Assembly: GCA_964016885.1 (NCBI GenBank)
Contig: OZ024744.1
Location: 125,798,001-125,862,000, forward strand
DNA length: 64,000 nt
Direction: 5' to 3'
Source of the DNA: Eledone cirrhosa
Lineage: Eukaryota
In this document: one piece after another, positions 12,701 to 24,203 of the stretch
Position numbering within the stretch: position 1 is the stretch's first letter
Layout: each line of letters begins with the position of its first letter
Translations under genes and position numbers: made by a program
Notes under the pieces: model-generated
Told to the model about the DNA's origin: nothing
What the model saw: only the letters and a program-made list of their open reading frames with translations
The model's database searches: none

Positions 12701-15700
12701 CAAAACAGAAACTTAAAAGGATTGACAGAATTTGCGATTCCGGAGAGAGGGCGATCCGTCTGCTTGATTCCGATAACGAACGAGACATTCGTATCCGAAA
12801 GAACGTTTGTCTGGAAACTGGTGCAGTCAGTGAGTCGAAAAAAAAATATCTCGGTGGTAGTAGCAAATATTCGAACGAGACATTCGTATGCGAAAGAACG
12901 TTTGTCGGTGGTAGTAGCAAATATTCGAACGAGACATTCGTATGCGAAAGAACGTTTGTCTGGAAGTGGCGATCCATGCTCGGTGGATAGTTGGTTCCGG
13001 GTTTTACTATGATTGTTGCAAAACAGAAACTTAAAGGGATTGACAGAATTTGCGATTCCGGAGAGGGGGCGATCCGTCTGCTTGATTCCGATAACGAACG
13101 AGACATTCGTATCCGAAAGAACGTTTGTCTGGAAACTGGTGAGTCAGTGAGTCGAAAAAAAAATATCTCGGTGGTAGTAGCAAATATTCGAACGAGACAT
13201 TCGTATGCGAAAGAACGTTTGTCGGTGGTAGTAGCAAATATTCGAACGAGACATTCGTATGCGAAAGAACGTTTGTCTGGAAGTGGCGATCCATGCCCGG
13301 TGGATAGTTGGTTCCGGGTTTTACTATGATTGTTGCAAAACAGAAACTTAAAGGGATTGACAGAATTTGCGATTCCGGAGAGGGGGCGATCCGTCTGCTT
13401 GATTCCGATAACGAACGAGACATTCGTATCCGAAAGAACGTTTGTCTGGAAACTGGTGAGTCAGTGAGTCGAAAAAAAAATATCTCGGTGGTAGTAGCAA
13501 ATATTCGAACGAGACATTCGTATGCGAAAGAACGTTTGTCGGTGGTAGTAGCAAATATTCGAACGAGACATTCGTATGCGAAAGAACGTTTGTCTGGAAG
13601 TGGCGATCCATGCTCGGTGGATAGTTGGTTCCGGGTTTTACTATGATTGTTGCAAAACAGAAACTTAAAGGGATTGACAGAATTTGCGATTCCGGAGAGG
13701 GGGCGATCCGTCTGCTTGATTCCGATAACGAACGAGACATTCGTATCCGAAAGAACGTTTGTCTGGAAACTGGTGAGTCAGTGAGTCGAAAAAAAAATAT
13801 CTCGGTGGTAGTAGCAAATATTCGAACGAGACATTCGTATGCGAAAGAACGTTTGTCGGTGGTAGTAGCAAATATTCGAACGAGACATTCGTATGCGAAA
13901 GAACGTTTGTCTGGAAGTGGCGATCCATGCCCGGTGGATAGTTGGTTCCGGGTTTTACTATGATTGTTGCAAAACAGAAACTTAAAGGGATTGACAGAAT
14001 TTGCGATTCCGGAGAGGGGGCGATCCGTCTGCTTGATTCCGATAACGAACGAGACATTCGTATCCGAAAGAACGTTTGTCTGGAAACTGGTGAGTCAGTG
14101 AGTCGAAAAAAAAATATCTCGGTGGTAGTAGCAAATATTCGAACGAGACATTCGTATGCGAAAGAACGTTTGTCGGTGGTAGTAGCAAATATTCGAACGA
14201 GACATTCGTATGCGAAAGAACGTTTGTCTGGAAGTGGCGATCCATGCCCGGTGGATAGTTGGTTCCGGGTTTTACTATGATTGTTGCAAAACAGAAACTT
14301 AAAGGGATTGACAGAATTTGCGATTCCGGAGAGGGGGCGATCCGTCTGCTTGATTCCGATAACGAACGAGACATTCGTATCCGAAAGAACGTTTGTCTGG
14401 AAACTGGTGAGTCAGTGAGTCGAAAAAAAAATATCTCGGTGGTAGTAGCAAATATTCGAACGAGACATTCGTATGCGAAAGAACGTTTGTCGGTGGTAGT
14501 AGCAAATATTCGAACGAGACATTCGTATGCGAAAGAACGTTTGTCTGGAAGTGGCGATCCATGCCCGGTGGATAGTTGGTTCCGGGTTTTACTATGATTG
14601 TTGCAAAACAGAAACTTAAAGGGATTGACAGAATTTGCGATTCCGGAGAGGGGGCGATCCGTCTGCTTGATTCCGATAACGAACGAGACATTCGTATCCG
14701 AAAGAACGTTTGTCTGGAAACTGGTGAGTCAGTGAGTCGAAAAAAAAATATCTCGGTGGTAGTAGCAAATATTCGAACGAGACATTCGTATGCGAAAGAA
14801 CGTTTGTCGGTGGTAGTAGCAAATATTCGAACGAGACATTCGTATGCGAAAGAACGTTTGTCTGGAAGTGGCGATCCATGCCCGGTGGATAGTTGGTTCC
14901 GGGTTTTACTATGATTGTTGCAAAACAGAAACTTAAAGGGATTGACAGAATTTGCGATTACGGAGAGGGGGCGATCCGTCTGCTTGATTCCGATAACGAA
15001 CGAGACATTCGTATCCGAAAGAACGTTTGTCTGGAAACTGGTGAGTCAGTGAGTCGAAAAAAAAATATCTCGGTGGTAGTAGCAAATATTCGTATGCGAA
15101 AGAAAAGATCTCGGTGGTAGTAGCAAATATTCGAACGAGACATTCGTAGGCGAAAGAAAAATATCTCGGTGGTAGTAGCAAATATTCGAACGAGACATTC
15201 GTATTCGAAAGAACGTTTGTCTGGAAGTTGCGATCCATGCCCGGTGGATAGTTGGTTCCGGGTTTTACTATGATTGTTGCAAAACAGAAACTTAAAGGGA
15301 TTGACAGAATTTGCGATTCCGGAGAGGGGGCGATCCGTCTGCTTGATTCCGATAACGAACGAGACATTCGTATCCGAAAGAACGTTTGTCTGGAAACTGG
15401 TGAGTCAGTGAGTCGAAAAAAAAAATATCTCGGTGGTAGTAGCAAATATTCGAACGAGACATTCGTATGCGAAAGAACGTTTGTCGGTGGTAGTAGCAAA
15501 TATTCGAACGAGACATTCGTATGCGAAAGAACGTTTGTCGGTGGTAGTAGCAAATATTCGAACGAGACATTCGTATTCGAAAGAACGTTTGTCTGGAAGT
15601 GGCGATCCATGCCCGGTGGATAGTTGGTTCCGGGCTTTACTATGATTGTTGCAAAACAGAAACTTAAAGGGATTGACAGAATTTGCGATTCCGGAGTAGG

Positions 15701-16413
15701 GGGCGATCCGTCTGCTTGATTTCGATAACGAACGAGACATTCGTATCCGAAAGAACGTTTGTCTGGAAACTGGTGAGTCAGTGAGTCGAAAAAAAAAATA
15801 TCTCGGTGGTAGTAGCAAATATTCGAACGAGACATTCGTATGCGAAAGAACGTTTGTCGGTGGTAGTAGCAAATATTCGAACGAGACATTCGTATGCGAA
15901 AGAACGTTTGTCGGTGGTAGTAGCAAATATTCGAACGAGACATTCGTATGCGAAAGAACGTTTGTCTGGAAGTGGCGATCCATGCCCGGTGGATAGTTGG
16001 TTCCGGGTTTTACTATGATTGTTGCAAAACAGAAACTTAAAGGGATTGACAGAATTTGCGATTCCGGAGAGAGGGCGATCCGTCTGCTTGATTCCGATAA
16101 CGAACGAGACATTCGTATCCGAAAGAACGTTTGTCTGGAAACTGGTGAGTCAGTGAGTCGAAAAAAAAATATCTCGGTGGTAGTAGCAAATATTCGTATG
16201 CGAAAGAAAAGATCTCGGTGGTAGTAGCAAATATTCGAACGAGACATTCGTATGCGAAAGAAAAATATCTCGGTGGTAGTAGCAAATATTCGAACGAGAC
16301 ATTCGTATTCGAAAGAACGTTTGTCTGGAAGTTGCGATCCATGCCCGGTGGATAGTTGGTTCCGGGCTTTACTATGATTGTTGCAAAACAGAAACTTAAA
16401 GGAATTGACAGAA
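9707..16413 (+). repeat. rRNA-derived satellite, ~19 units of 317-521 bp with internal 54-bp subrepeats
   Basis: Units contain 18S motifs (GATTCCGGAGAGGG; TTCCGATAACGAACGAGAC; GTTGCAAA..GAAACTTAAAGG.ATTGAC) and a 28S motif (GGTGGTAGTAGCAAATATTC). Confidence 0.92.
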
Positions 16414-16443
16414 TTTTCGAATCGACATCAACTCGGCTACGGC

Positions 16444-16788
16444 TATCCCGTCGAGTACGAGAGTATCGCGGGATCAGAGCAACGGTTTGCTAGGCTGCCT
16501 CTGAGCGATAACGGCTGAACGCCTCCTCTAAGCCGGAACCCTAGCCGGACCCGAGTTGTTTTTCGACAAGCGTCTCGACCTTCTTAAGGCCCATGCCTTA
16601 GTTTGGCGATTGCCGTCCGTTCGCCGACGGCGGCAGCGTCAGCGGAAATGCCATTCTGTGACGACTACGACGATTCGTCGTCGTCGTCGTCCATTCGATT
16701 TCCTGAAAGAGATAGAGACTAAAGTGATCAAATTGTTCGGAGTTACGTGCTTAGTAGAGCAGCTACCACACTGCAATCTATTGAGAGT
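16444..16788 (+). pseudogene. 28S rRNA 3' fragment (pseudogene)
   Basis: AGTACGAGAG (sarcin-ricin loop), CTGAACGCCTC..TAAG and GTAGAGCAGCT..CTGCAATCTATTGA terminal motifs in the correct order. Confidence 0.85.
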
Positions 16789-17150
16789 TTTCTGACGAAC
16801 GATACAATCCGCCCACGTGGCGCCAGAAAGGGAGAAGAAAAGAAAAGTTAGACGCCGCCGATCGATCGGTTCGTTGTTTTACGTGTACACAGCTTGTGTG
16901 TGTGTCTGTATGTGATACAAGCCGCCTATCCGTCTTCCAAGTAAGTTTTGTGTGTAGACTGCGGAAAGAAATCCAATCCGCCGTCTAGGCGGTTCTGCCG
17001 CCGACCCATACTTTTGCGAGTCGCTCCCGGGAAAGACAGGCGGCAAGACGGCGTGTATACACGACGCCTTCCGTCTTCCGCCTCGAACCCGGGCAAACGT
17101 TCCTTTATTCGTCCACGCCTTCCCGCTTCGATCGCGAGAAAGTAATCAAT
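16789..17150 (+). other. 3' ETS-like CpG-rich segment
   Basis: Immediately downstream of the 28S end; positional inference. Confidence 0.4.
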
Positions 17151-17666
17151 CTGTTTTGTGTGTGTGTCTGTGTGTGATACAAATTTGTTTTCTTAATTTG
17201 ATAACCATGAATTGTTTCAACACCGGCCCTTTTAAGGGCCACTTATATTTTCAATAATCAGTTTAAATGGGTTGCACCGTAGCCACTTGGTAATACACTG
17301 CAAATCTCCCGTCAATCTATGAAGGTTTTGTAGTAGATTAGATCAAAACACAATCAGCAAGACAGTAATGGAATGAATAATATAAACATTTGTTTATAAT
17401 TAAAGCCTTAAGATGTCCCTCCCTCCCTCCCTTCCTCCCTTCCTTCCTTCCTTCCTTCCTTCCTTACGATATACACTTTAATAACATTGAAACTTATTTA
17501 ATAAGTTTAAATTTTAAACACTTTTTATTCAGACGTACCGCGATAAGTAACTAGATATGTTCTAACGAATAATCCGCGATGTGGCGAGGATTACCGCGAT
17601 AGGAAATTAGATACGTTCCAAAGAAATATCCGCGAAAAGTGAACCGCGATATAGCGGGTTCACCAG

Positions 17667-17727
17667 CCAGTGTATTACTGGTACTTTATTTTATCGACCC
17701 CCATAAGGATGAAAGGCAAAGTTAACT
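17667..17727 (-). mobile_element. SINE core fragment
   Basis: Reverse complement of the core of the SINE at 36825-37010. Confidence 0.7.
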
Positions 17728-17819
17728 GTGCAATAACAAAGGGAGATAACCTCGTCTTTTTTTTTTTACGGAGTTATTTCCCTTTAAATTTTATCTATTA
17801 CTTATGATGATACAATTTA

Positions 17820-17953
17820 ATCAGTTCTTAGCTGTCGAGACACTGCATCCTTTAAAACCTCCATGGAACAAGCTACCTGCAACAGTTGTTAGCTGTCGAG
17901 ACACTGCATCTTTTAAAACCTCCATGGAACAAACTACCTGCATCAGTTGTTAG
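17820..17953 (+). repeat. 61-bp tandem duplication derived from the CR1 ORF2 C-terminus
   Basis: Matches reverse complement of ~39345-39400 (WNKLPASIVSCRDTASFKT). Confidence 0.8.
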
Positions 17954-18012
17954 GGTCTGAGTTCAAATCACGCCGAGGAGGTTAACTTTGCCTTTCATCC
18001 TTACGGGGTCGG
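17954..18012 (+). mobile_element. SINE fragment
   Basis: ggtctgagttcaaatcacgccgagg..ttaactttgcctttcatccttacggggtcg, as at 36903-36958. Confidence 0.75.
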
Positions 18013-18221
18013 TCGGAAAACGAACCATTCCCGGTTCGCTTTCGAAGCGGGTTTCCGAAAACAGCGCTTCTCTCGACCGGGCCCGTCGTCCGCTCGGCGG
18101 TGGTTTTCATCGTCCCAGGCACGGCTAACAGGCGGAGACGGGACAAACGCGCGTGTTCCTTTTTTTATCAGCCGCAGCGCCGTTCGTATATATGCTTAGG
18201 TTGTTTTTTTTTTAAATATCC

Positions 18222-18452
18222 TAAGTTAAGTTGGGGCTAAGTTAAGTTGGGGCTAAGTTAAGTTGAGGTTAAGTTGAGTTGGGGTTAAGTTAAGTGGGGG
18301 TTAAGTTAAGCTGGGGTTAAGTTAAGTTGAGGTTAAGTTAAGTTGGGGTTAAGTCAAGTTGGGGTTAAGTTAAGTTGGGGTTAAGTTAGGTTGGGGTTAA
18401 GTTAGGTTGGGGTTAAGTTAAGTTGGGGTTAAGTTAGGTTGCGGTTAAGTTA
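18222..18452. repeat. Telomere-like 16-bp repeat (TTAAGTTAAGTTGGGG)n, G-rich on + strand
   Basis: ~14 units read directly from sequence. Confidence 0.88.
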
Positions 18453-18454
18453 CA

Positions 18455-21400
18455 TTCGCCGCCGGACTTCAGCTTCCTCATTTAGCATGGGCAGTCTTTC
18501 TTGAAAATCACACCACACACAGCAAATGTGTGTCCGCACATGTACCAGTAATTACAGATCGATTCCGGTGAAAATTCACTGAAAACGGGCCATCCGGCCC
18601 TGTGCGTCGATCGTGGGCCGGCCGGATGTTGACGGATCGATGTGTAATTAGAAGTACATGTGCGGACACTCATTGGCTGTGCGTGGTATGCATTTCAGCA
18701 AGATATCTCCGTAACATCAAGAGTTATGGCTGTGGAGGCACACCTAGTCAAACGTAAACAAGGTCTGGAGCGTTTACGCTTCGCGATTTTGTTTACGTTT
18801 GACTAGGTGTGCCTCCACAGCCACAACTCTTGATGTTACGGAGATATCTTGCTGAAATGCATACCGCGCACAGCCAATGAGTGTCCGCACATGTACTTCT
18901 AATTACACATCGATCCGTCAACATCCGGCCGGCCCACGATCGACGCACAGGGCCGGATGGCCCGTTTTCAGTGAATTCTCACCGGAATCGATCTGTAATT
19001 ACTGGTACATGTGCGGAGACACATTTGCTGTGTGTGGTGTGATTTTCAAGAAAAACTGCCCATGCTAAATGAGGAAGCTGAAGTCCGCCGGCGAATGGTG
19101 TGCTTCGAAGAAAACTAATTCGAAAATGACCGTTTGCAGGCGGAGTAACCTTTTCGATCGTGGGCCAGCCGCCCGTGGTGGGATCCATCTGTAATTACTG
19201 GTACATGTGCGGACATACATTTGCTGTGTGTGGTGTGATTTTCAAGAAGAACTGCCCATGCTAAATGAGGAAGCTGAAGTCCGCCGGCGAATGGTGTGCT
19301 TCGAAGAAAACTAATTCGAAAATGACCGTTTGCAGGCGGGGTAACCTTTTCGATCGTGGGCCAGCCGCCCGTGGTGGGATCCATCTGTAATTACTGGTAC
19401 ATGTGCGGACACACATTTGCTGTGTGTGGTGTGATTTTCGAGAAAGACTGCCCATGCTAAATGAGGAAGCTGAAGTCCGCCGGCGAATGGTGTGCTTCGA
19501 AGAAAACTAATTCGAAAATGACTATTTGCCGGCGGAATCACCTTTTCGGTCCTGGTCCGGCCGGATCTTGCCGGATCGATCGGAAATTTGTGGACCATGT
19601 TCGGAAGGCCATTGTGCATGTGTGGTGAAAAAAATTTGTGTCGAAATCTTCTCGGAAAATAACGGATCGCCGGCGGAGATTGCCATTTCGATCGTGGGCC
19701 GGCCGGATCTTGTCGGATCGATTCGGACATATGTGCATCGTGTTCGCAAGGCCCTTGTCTATGTGTGGTGTGATTTTCATAAAGAAATTCCGAAAAACCC
19801 AGTTTTAAATCTGATTTCGCCAAAGAATTTTGGCTATCAGATCGGGTTGAAAGGTATGGTTTCAGGTCGATCTGAAAGTCTAAAATGGAATTCATTCGGT
19901 TAGCTAACTATTGATATATCGGAGATATCTTTCTGAAAATCACACCACACACTCCCAATGAGTGTCTGCACATGTACCAGTAATTACAGATGGATCCCAC
20001 CACGGGCGGCCGGCCCACGATCGAAAAGGTTACTCCGAAGCACACCATTCGCCGGCGGAATTCATTTAGCATGGGCAGTTTTTCTCGAAAATCACACCAC
20101 ACACAGCCAATGAGTGTCCGCACATGTACCAGTAATTACAGATGGATCCCACCACGGGCGGCTGGCCCACGATCGAAAAGGTTACTCCGCCTGCAAACGG
20201 TCATTTTCGAATTCGTTTTCTTCGAAGCACACGATTCGCCGGCGGACTTCAGCTGCCTCATTTAGCATGGGCAGTTTTTCTCGAAAATCACACCACACAC
20301 AGCAAATGTGTGTCCGCACATGTACCAGTAATTACAGATCGATTCCGGTGAAAATTCACTGAAAACGGGCCATTCGGCCCTGTGCGTCGATCGTGGGCCG
20401 GCCGGATGTTGACGGATCGATGTGTAATTAGAAGTACATGTGCGGACACTCATTGGCTGTGCGTGGTATGCATTTCAGCAAGATATCTCCGTAACATCAA
20501 GAGTTATGGCTGTGGAGGCACACCTAGTCAAACGTAAACAAGGTCTGGAGCGTTTACGCTTCGCGATTTTGTTTACGTTTGACTAGGTGTGCCTCCACAG
20601 CCACAACTCTTGATGTTACGGAGATATCTTGCTGAAATGCATACCGCGCACAGCCAATGAGTGTCCGCACATGTACTTCTAATTACACATCGATCCGTCA
20701 ACATCCGGCCGGCCCACGATCGACGCACAGGGCCGGATGGCCCGTTTTCAGTGAATTTTCACCGGAATCGATCTGTAATTACTGGTACATGTGCGGAGAC
20801 ACATTTGCTGTGTGTGGTGTGATTTTCAAGAAAAACTGCCCATGCTAAATGAGGAAGCTGAAGTCCGCCGGCGAATGGTGTGCTTCGAAGAAAACTAATT
20901 CGAAAATGACCGTTTGCAGGCGGAGTAACCTTTTCGATCGTGGGCCAGCCGCCCGTGGTGGGATCCATCTGTAATTACTGGTACATGTGCGGACATACAT
21001 TTGCTGTGTGTGGTGTGATTTTCAAGAAGAACTGCCCATGCTAAATGAGGAAGCTGAAGTCCGCCGGCGAATGGTGTGCTTCGAAGAAAACTAATTCGAA
21101 AATGACCGTTTGCAGGCGGGGTAACCTTTTCGATCGTGGGCCAGCCGCCCGTGGTGGGATCCATCTGTAATTACTGGTACATGTGCGGACACACATTTGC
21201 TGTGTGTGGTGTGATTTTCGAGAAAGACTGCCCATGCTAAATGAGGAAGCTGAAGTCCGCCGGCGAATGGTGTGCTTCGAAGAAAACTAATTCGAAAATG
21301 ACTATTTGCCGGCGGAATCACCTTTTCGGTCCTGGTCCGGCCGGATCTTGCCGGATCGATCGGAAATTTGTGGACCATGTTCGGAAGGCCATTGTGCATG

Positions 21401-24060
21401 TATGGTGAAAAAAATTTGTGTCGAAATCTTCTCGGAAAATAACGGATCGCCGGCGGAGATTGCCATTTCGATCGTGGGCCGGCCGGATCTTGTCGGATCG
21501 ATTCGGACATATGTGCATCGTGTTCGCAAGGCCCTTGTCTATGTGTGGTGTGATTTTCATAAAGAAATTCCGAAAAACCCAGTTTTAAATCTGATTTCGC
21601 CAAAGAATTTTGGCTATCAGATCGGGTTGAAAGGTATGGTTTCAGGTCGATCTGAAAGTCTAAAATGGAATTCACTCGGTTAGCTAACTATTGATATTTC
21701 GGAGATATCTTTCTGAAAATCACACCACACACTCCCAATGAGTGTCTGCACATGTACCAGTAATTACAGATGGATCCCACCACGGGCGGCCGGCCCACGA
21801 TCGAAAAGGTTACTCCGAAGCACACCATTCGCCGGCGGAATTCATTTAGCATGGGCAGTTTTTCTCGAAAATCACACCACACACAGCCAATGAGTGTCCG
21901 CACATGTACCAGTAATTACAGATGGATCCCACCACGGGCGGCTGGCCCACGATCGAAAAGGTTACTCCGCCTGCAAACGGTCATTTTCGAATTCGTTTTC
22001 TTCGAAGCACACGATTCGCCGGCGGACTTCAGCTGCCTCATTTAGCATGGGCAGTTTTTCTCGAAAATCACACCACACACAGCAAATGTGTGTCCGCACA
22101 TGTACCAGTAATTACAGATCGATTCCGGTGAAAATTCACTGAAAACGGGCCATTCTGCCCTGTGCGTCGATCGTGGGCCGGCCGGATGTTGACGGATCGA
22201 TGTGTAATTAGAAGTACATGTGCGGACACTCATTGGCTGTGCGTGGTATGCATTTCAGCAAGATATCTCCGTAACATCAAGAGTTATGGCTGTGGAGGCA
22301 CACCAAGTCAAACGTAAACAAGCTCTGGAGCGTATACGCTTCGCGATTTTGTTTACGTTTGACTAGGTGTGCCTCCACAGCCACAACTCTTGATGTTACG
22401 GAGATATCTTGCTGAAATGCATACCACGCACAGCCAATGAGTGTCCGCACATGTACTTCTAATTACACATCGATCCGTCAACATCCGGCCGGCCCACGAT
22501 CGACGCACAGGGCCGGATGGCCCGTTTTCAGTGAATTTTCACCGGAATCGATCTGTAATTACTGGTACATGTGCGGACACACATTTGCTGTGTGTGGTGT
22601 GATTTTCACGAAAAACTGCCCATGCTAAATGAGGAAGCTGAAGTCCGCCGGCGAATGGTGTGCTTCGAAGAAAACTAATTCGAAAATGACCGTTTGCAGG
22701 CGGAGTAACCTTTTCGATCGTGGGCCAGCCGCCCGTGGTGGGATACATCTGTAATTACTGGTACATGTGCGGACACACATTTGCTGTGTGTGGTGTGATT
22801 TTCGAGAAAGACTGCCCATGCTAAATGAGGAAGCTGAAGTCCGCCGGCGAATGGTGTGCTTCGAAGAAAACTAATTCGAAAATGACTATTTGCCGGCGGA
22901 ATCACCTTTTCGGTCCTGGTCCGGCCGGATCTTGCCGGATCGATCGGAAATTTGTGGACCATGTTCGGAAGGCCATTGTGCATGTGTGGTGAAAAAAATT
23001 TGTGTCGAAATCTTCTCGGAAAATAACGGATCGCCGGCGGAGATTGCCATTTCGATCGTGGGCCGGCCGGATCTTGTCGGATCGATTCGGACATATGTGC
23101 ATCGTGTTCGCAAGGCCCTTGTCTATGTGTGGTGTGATTTTCATAAAGAAATTCCGAAAAACCCAGTTTTAAATCTGATTTCGCCAAAGAATTTTGGCTA
23201 TCAGATCGGGTTGAAAGGTATGGTTTCAGGTCGATCTGAAAGTTTAAAATGGAATTCACTCGGTTAGCTAACTATTGATATATCGGAGATATCTTTCTGA
23301 AAATCACACCACACACTCCCAATGAGTGTCTGCATATGTACCAGTAATTACAGATGGATCCCACCACGGGCGGCCGGCCCACGATCGAAAAGGTTACTCC
23401 GAAGCACACCATTCGCCGGCGGAATTCATTTAGCATGGGCAGTTTTTCTCGAAAATCACACCACACACAGCCAATGAGTGTCCGCACATGTACTAGTAAT
23501 TACAGATGGATCCCACCACGGGCGGCTGGCCCACGATCGAAAAGGTTACTCCGCCTGCAAACGGTCATTTTCGAATTAGTTTTCTTCGAAGCACACGATT
23601 CGCCGGCGGACTTCAGCTTCCTCATTTAGCATGGGCAGTTTTTCTTGAAAATCACACCACACACAGCAAATGTGTGTCCGCACATGTACCAGTAATTACA
23701 GATCGATTCCGGTGAAAATTCACTGAAAACGGGCCATTCGGCCCTGTGCGTCGATCGTGGGCCGGCCGGATGTTGACGGATCGATGTGTAATTAGAAGTA
23801 CATGTGCGGACACTCATTGGCTGTGCGTGGTATGCATTTCAGCAAGATATCTCCGTAACATCAAGAGTTATGGCTGTGGAGGCACACCTAGTCAAACGTA
23901 AACAAGCTCTGGAGCGTATACGCTTCGCGATTTTGTTTACGTTTGACTAGGTGTGCCTCCACAGCCACAACTCTTGATGTTACGGAGATATCTTGCTGAA
24001 ATGCATACCACGCACAGCCAATGAGTGTCCGCACATGTACCTGTAATTACACATCGATCC
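18455..24060. repeat. Palindromic (foldback) satellite: 1780/1780/1584-bp units with 196-bp subrepeats and long inverted arms
   Basis: Symmetry centres at ~18775, 20555, 22335, 23919, each with a 27-nt loop; mirror ORFs on both strands. Confidence 0.92.
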
Positions 24061-24149
24061 GACGACGGACAGAGTATTCGGTTTATTTTCTTGACATATT
24101 TCTTTACATATTGTCCAGGCATGCACTTTTTCCATGATTAGTTCTGTTG

Positions 24150-24203
24150 ACGGCCCGCTTTCCAAAATACCTTATCCTGTGCAACGCCGGGTACCACTGC
24201 TAG
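24150..24203 (+). mobile_element. Helitron-like 3' terminus (hairpin + CTAG|T)
   Basis: cctgtgcaacgccggg hairpin about 8 nt before CTAG, followed by T. Confidence 0.6.

Noticed and set aside
9568-16342. Many ORFs up to 437 aa (MVPGFTM..., MSRSLSES...)
   Set aside because: Translations of the rRNA-derived satellite on both strands; frames depend on poly-A length; no protein motifs.
9707-16413. CRISPR-like repeat/spacer array
   Set aside because: Intervening sequences are themselves repeated, there are no unique spacers or cas genes, and the context is eukaryotic.
9518-16788. Functional 18S-5.8S-28S rRNA genes
   Set aside because: Only ~185 bp of 18S 5' end and ~345 bp of decayed 28S 3' end; no 5.8S seen; sarcin-ricin loop altered.
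17528-17660. CCGCGA-rich segment resembling a pogo/Tigger MITE end
   Set aside because: No partner TIR or TSD identified; too weak to call.
18482-24165. Mirror-image ORFs on both strands
   Set aside because: Consequence of the palindromic satellite; no recognisable domains.
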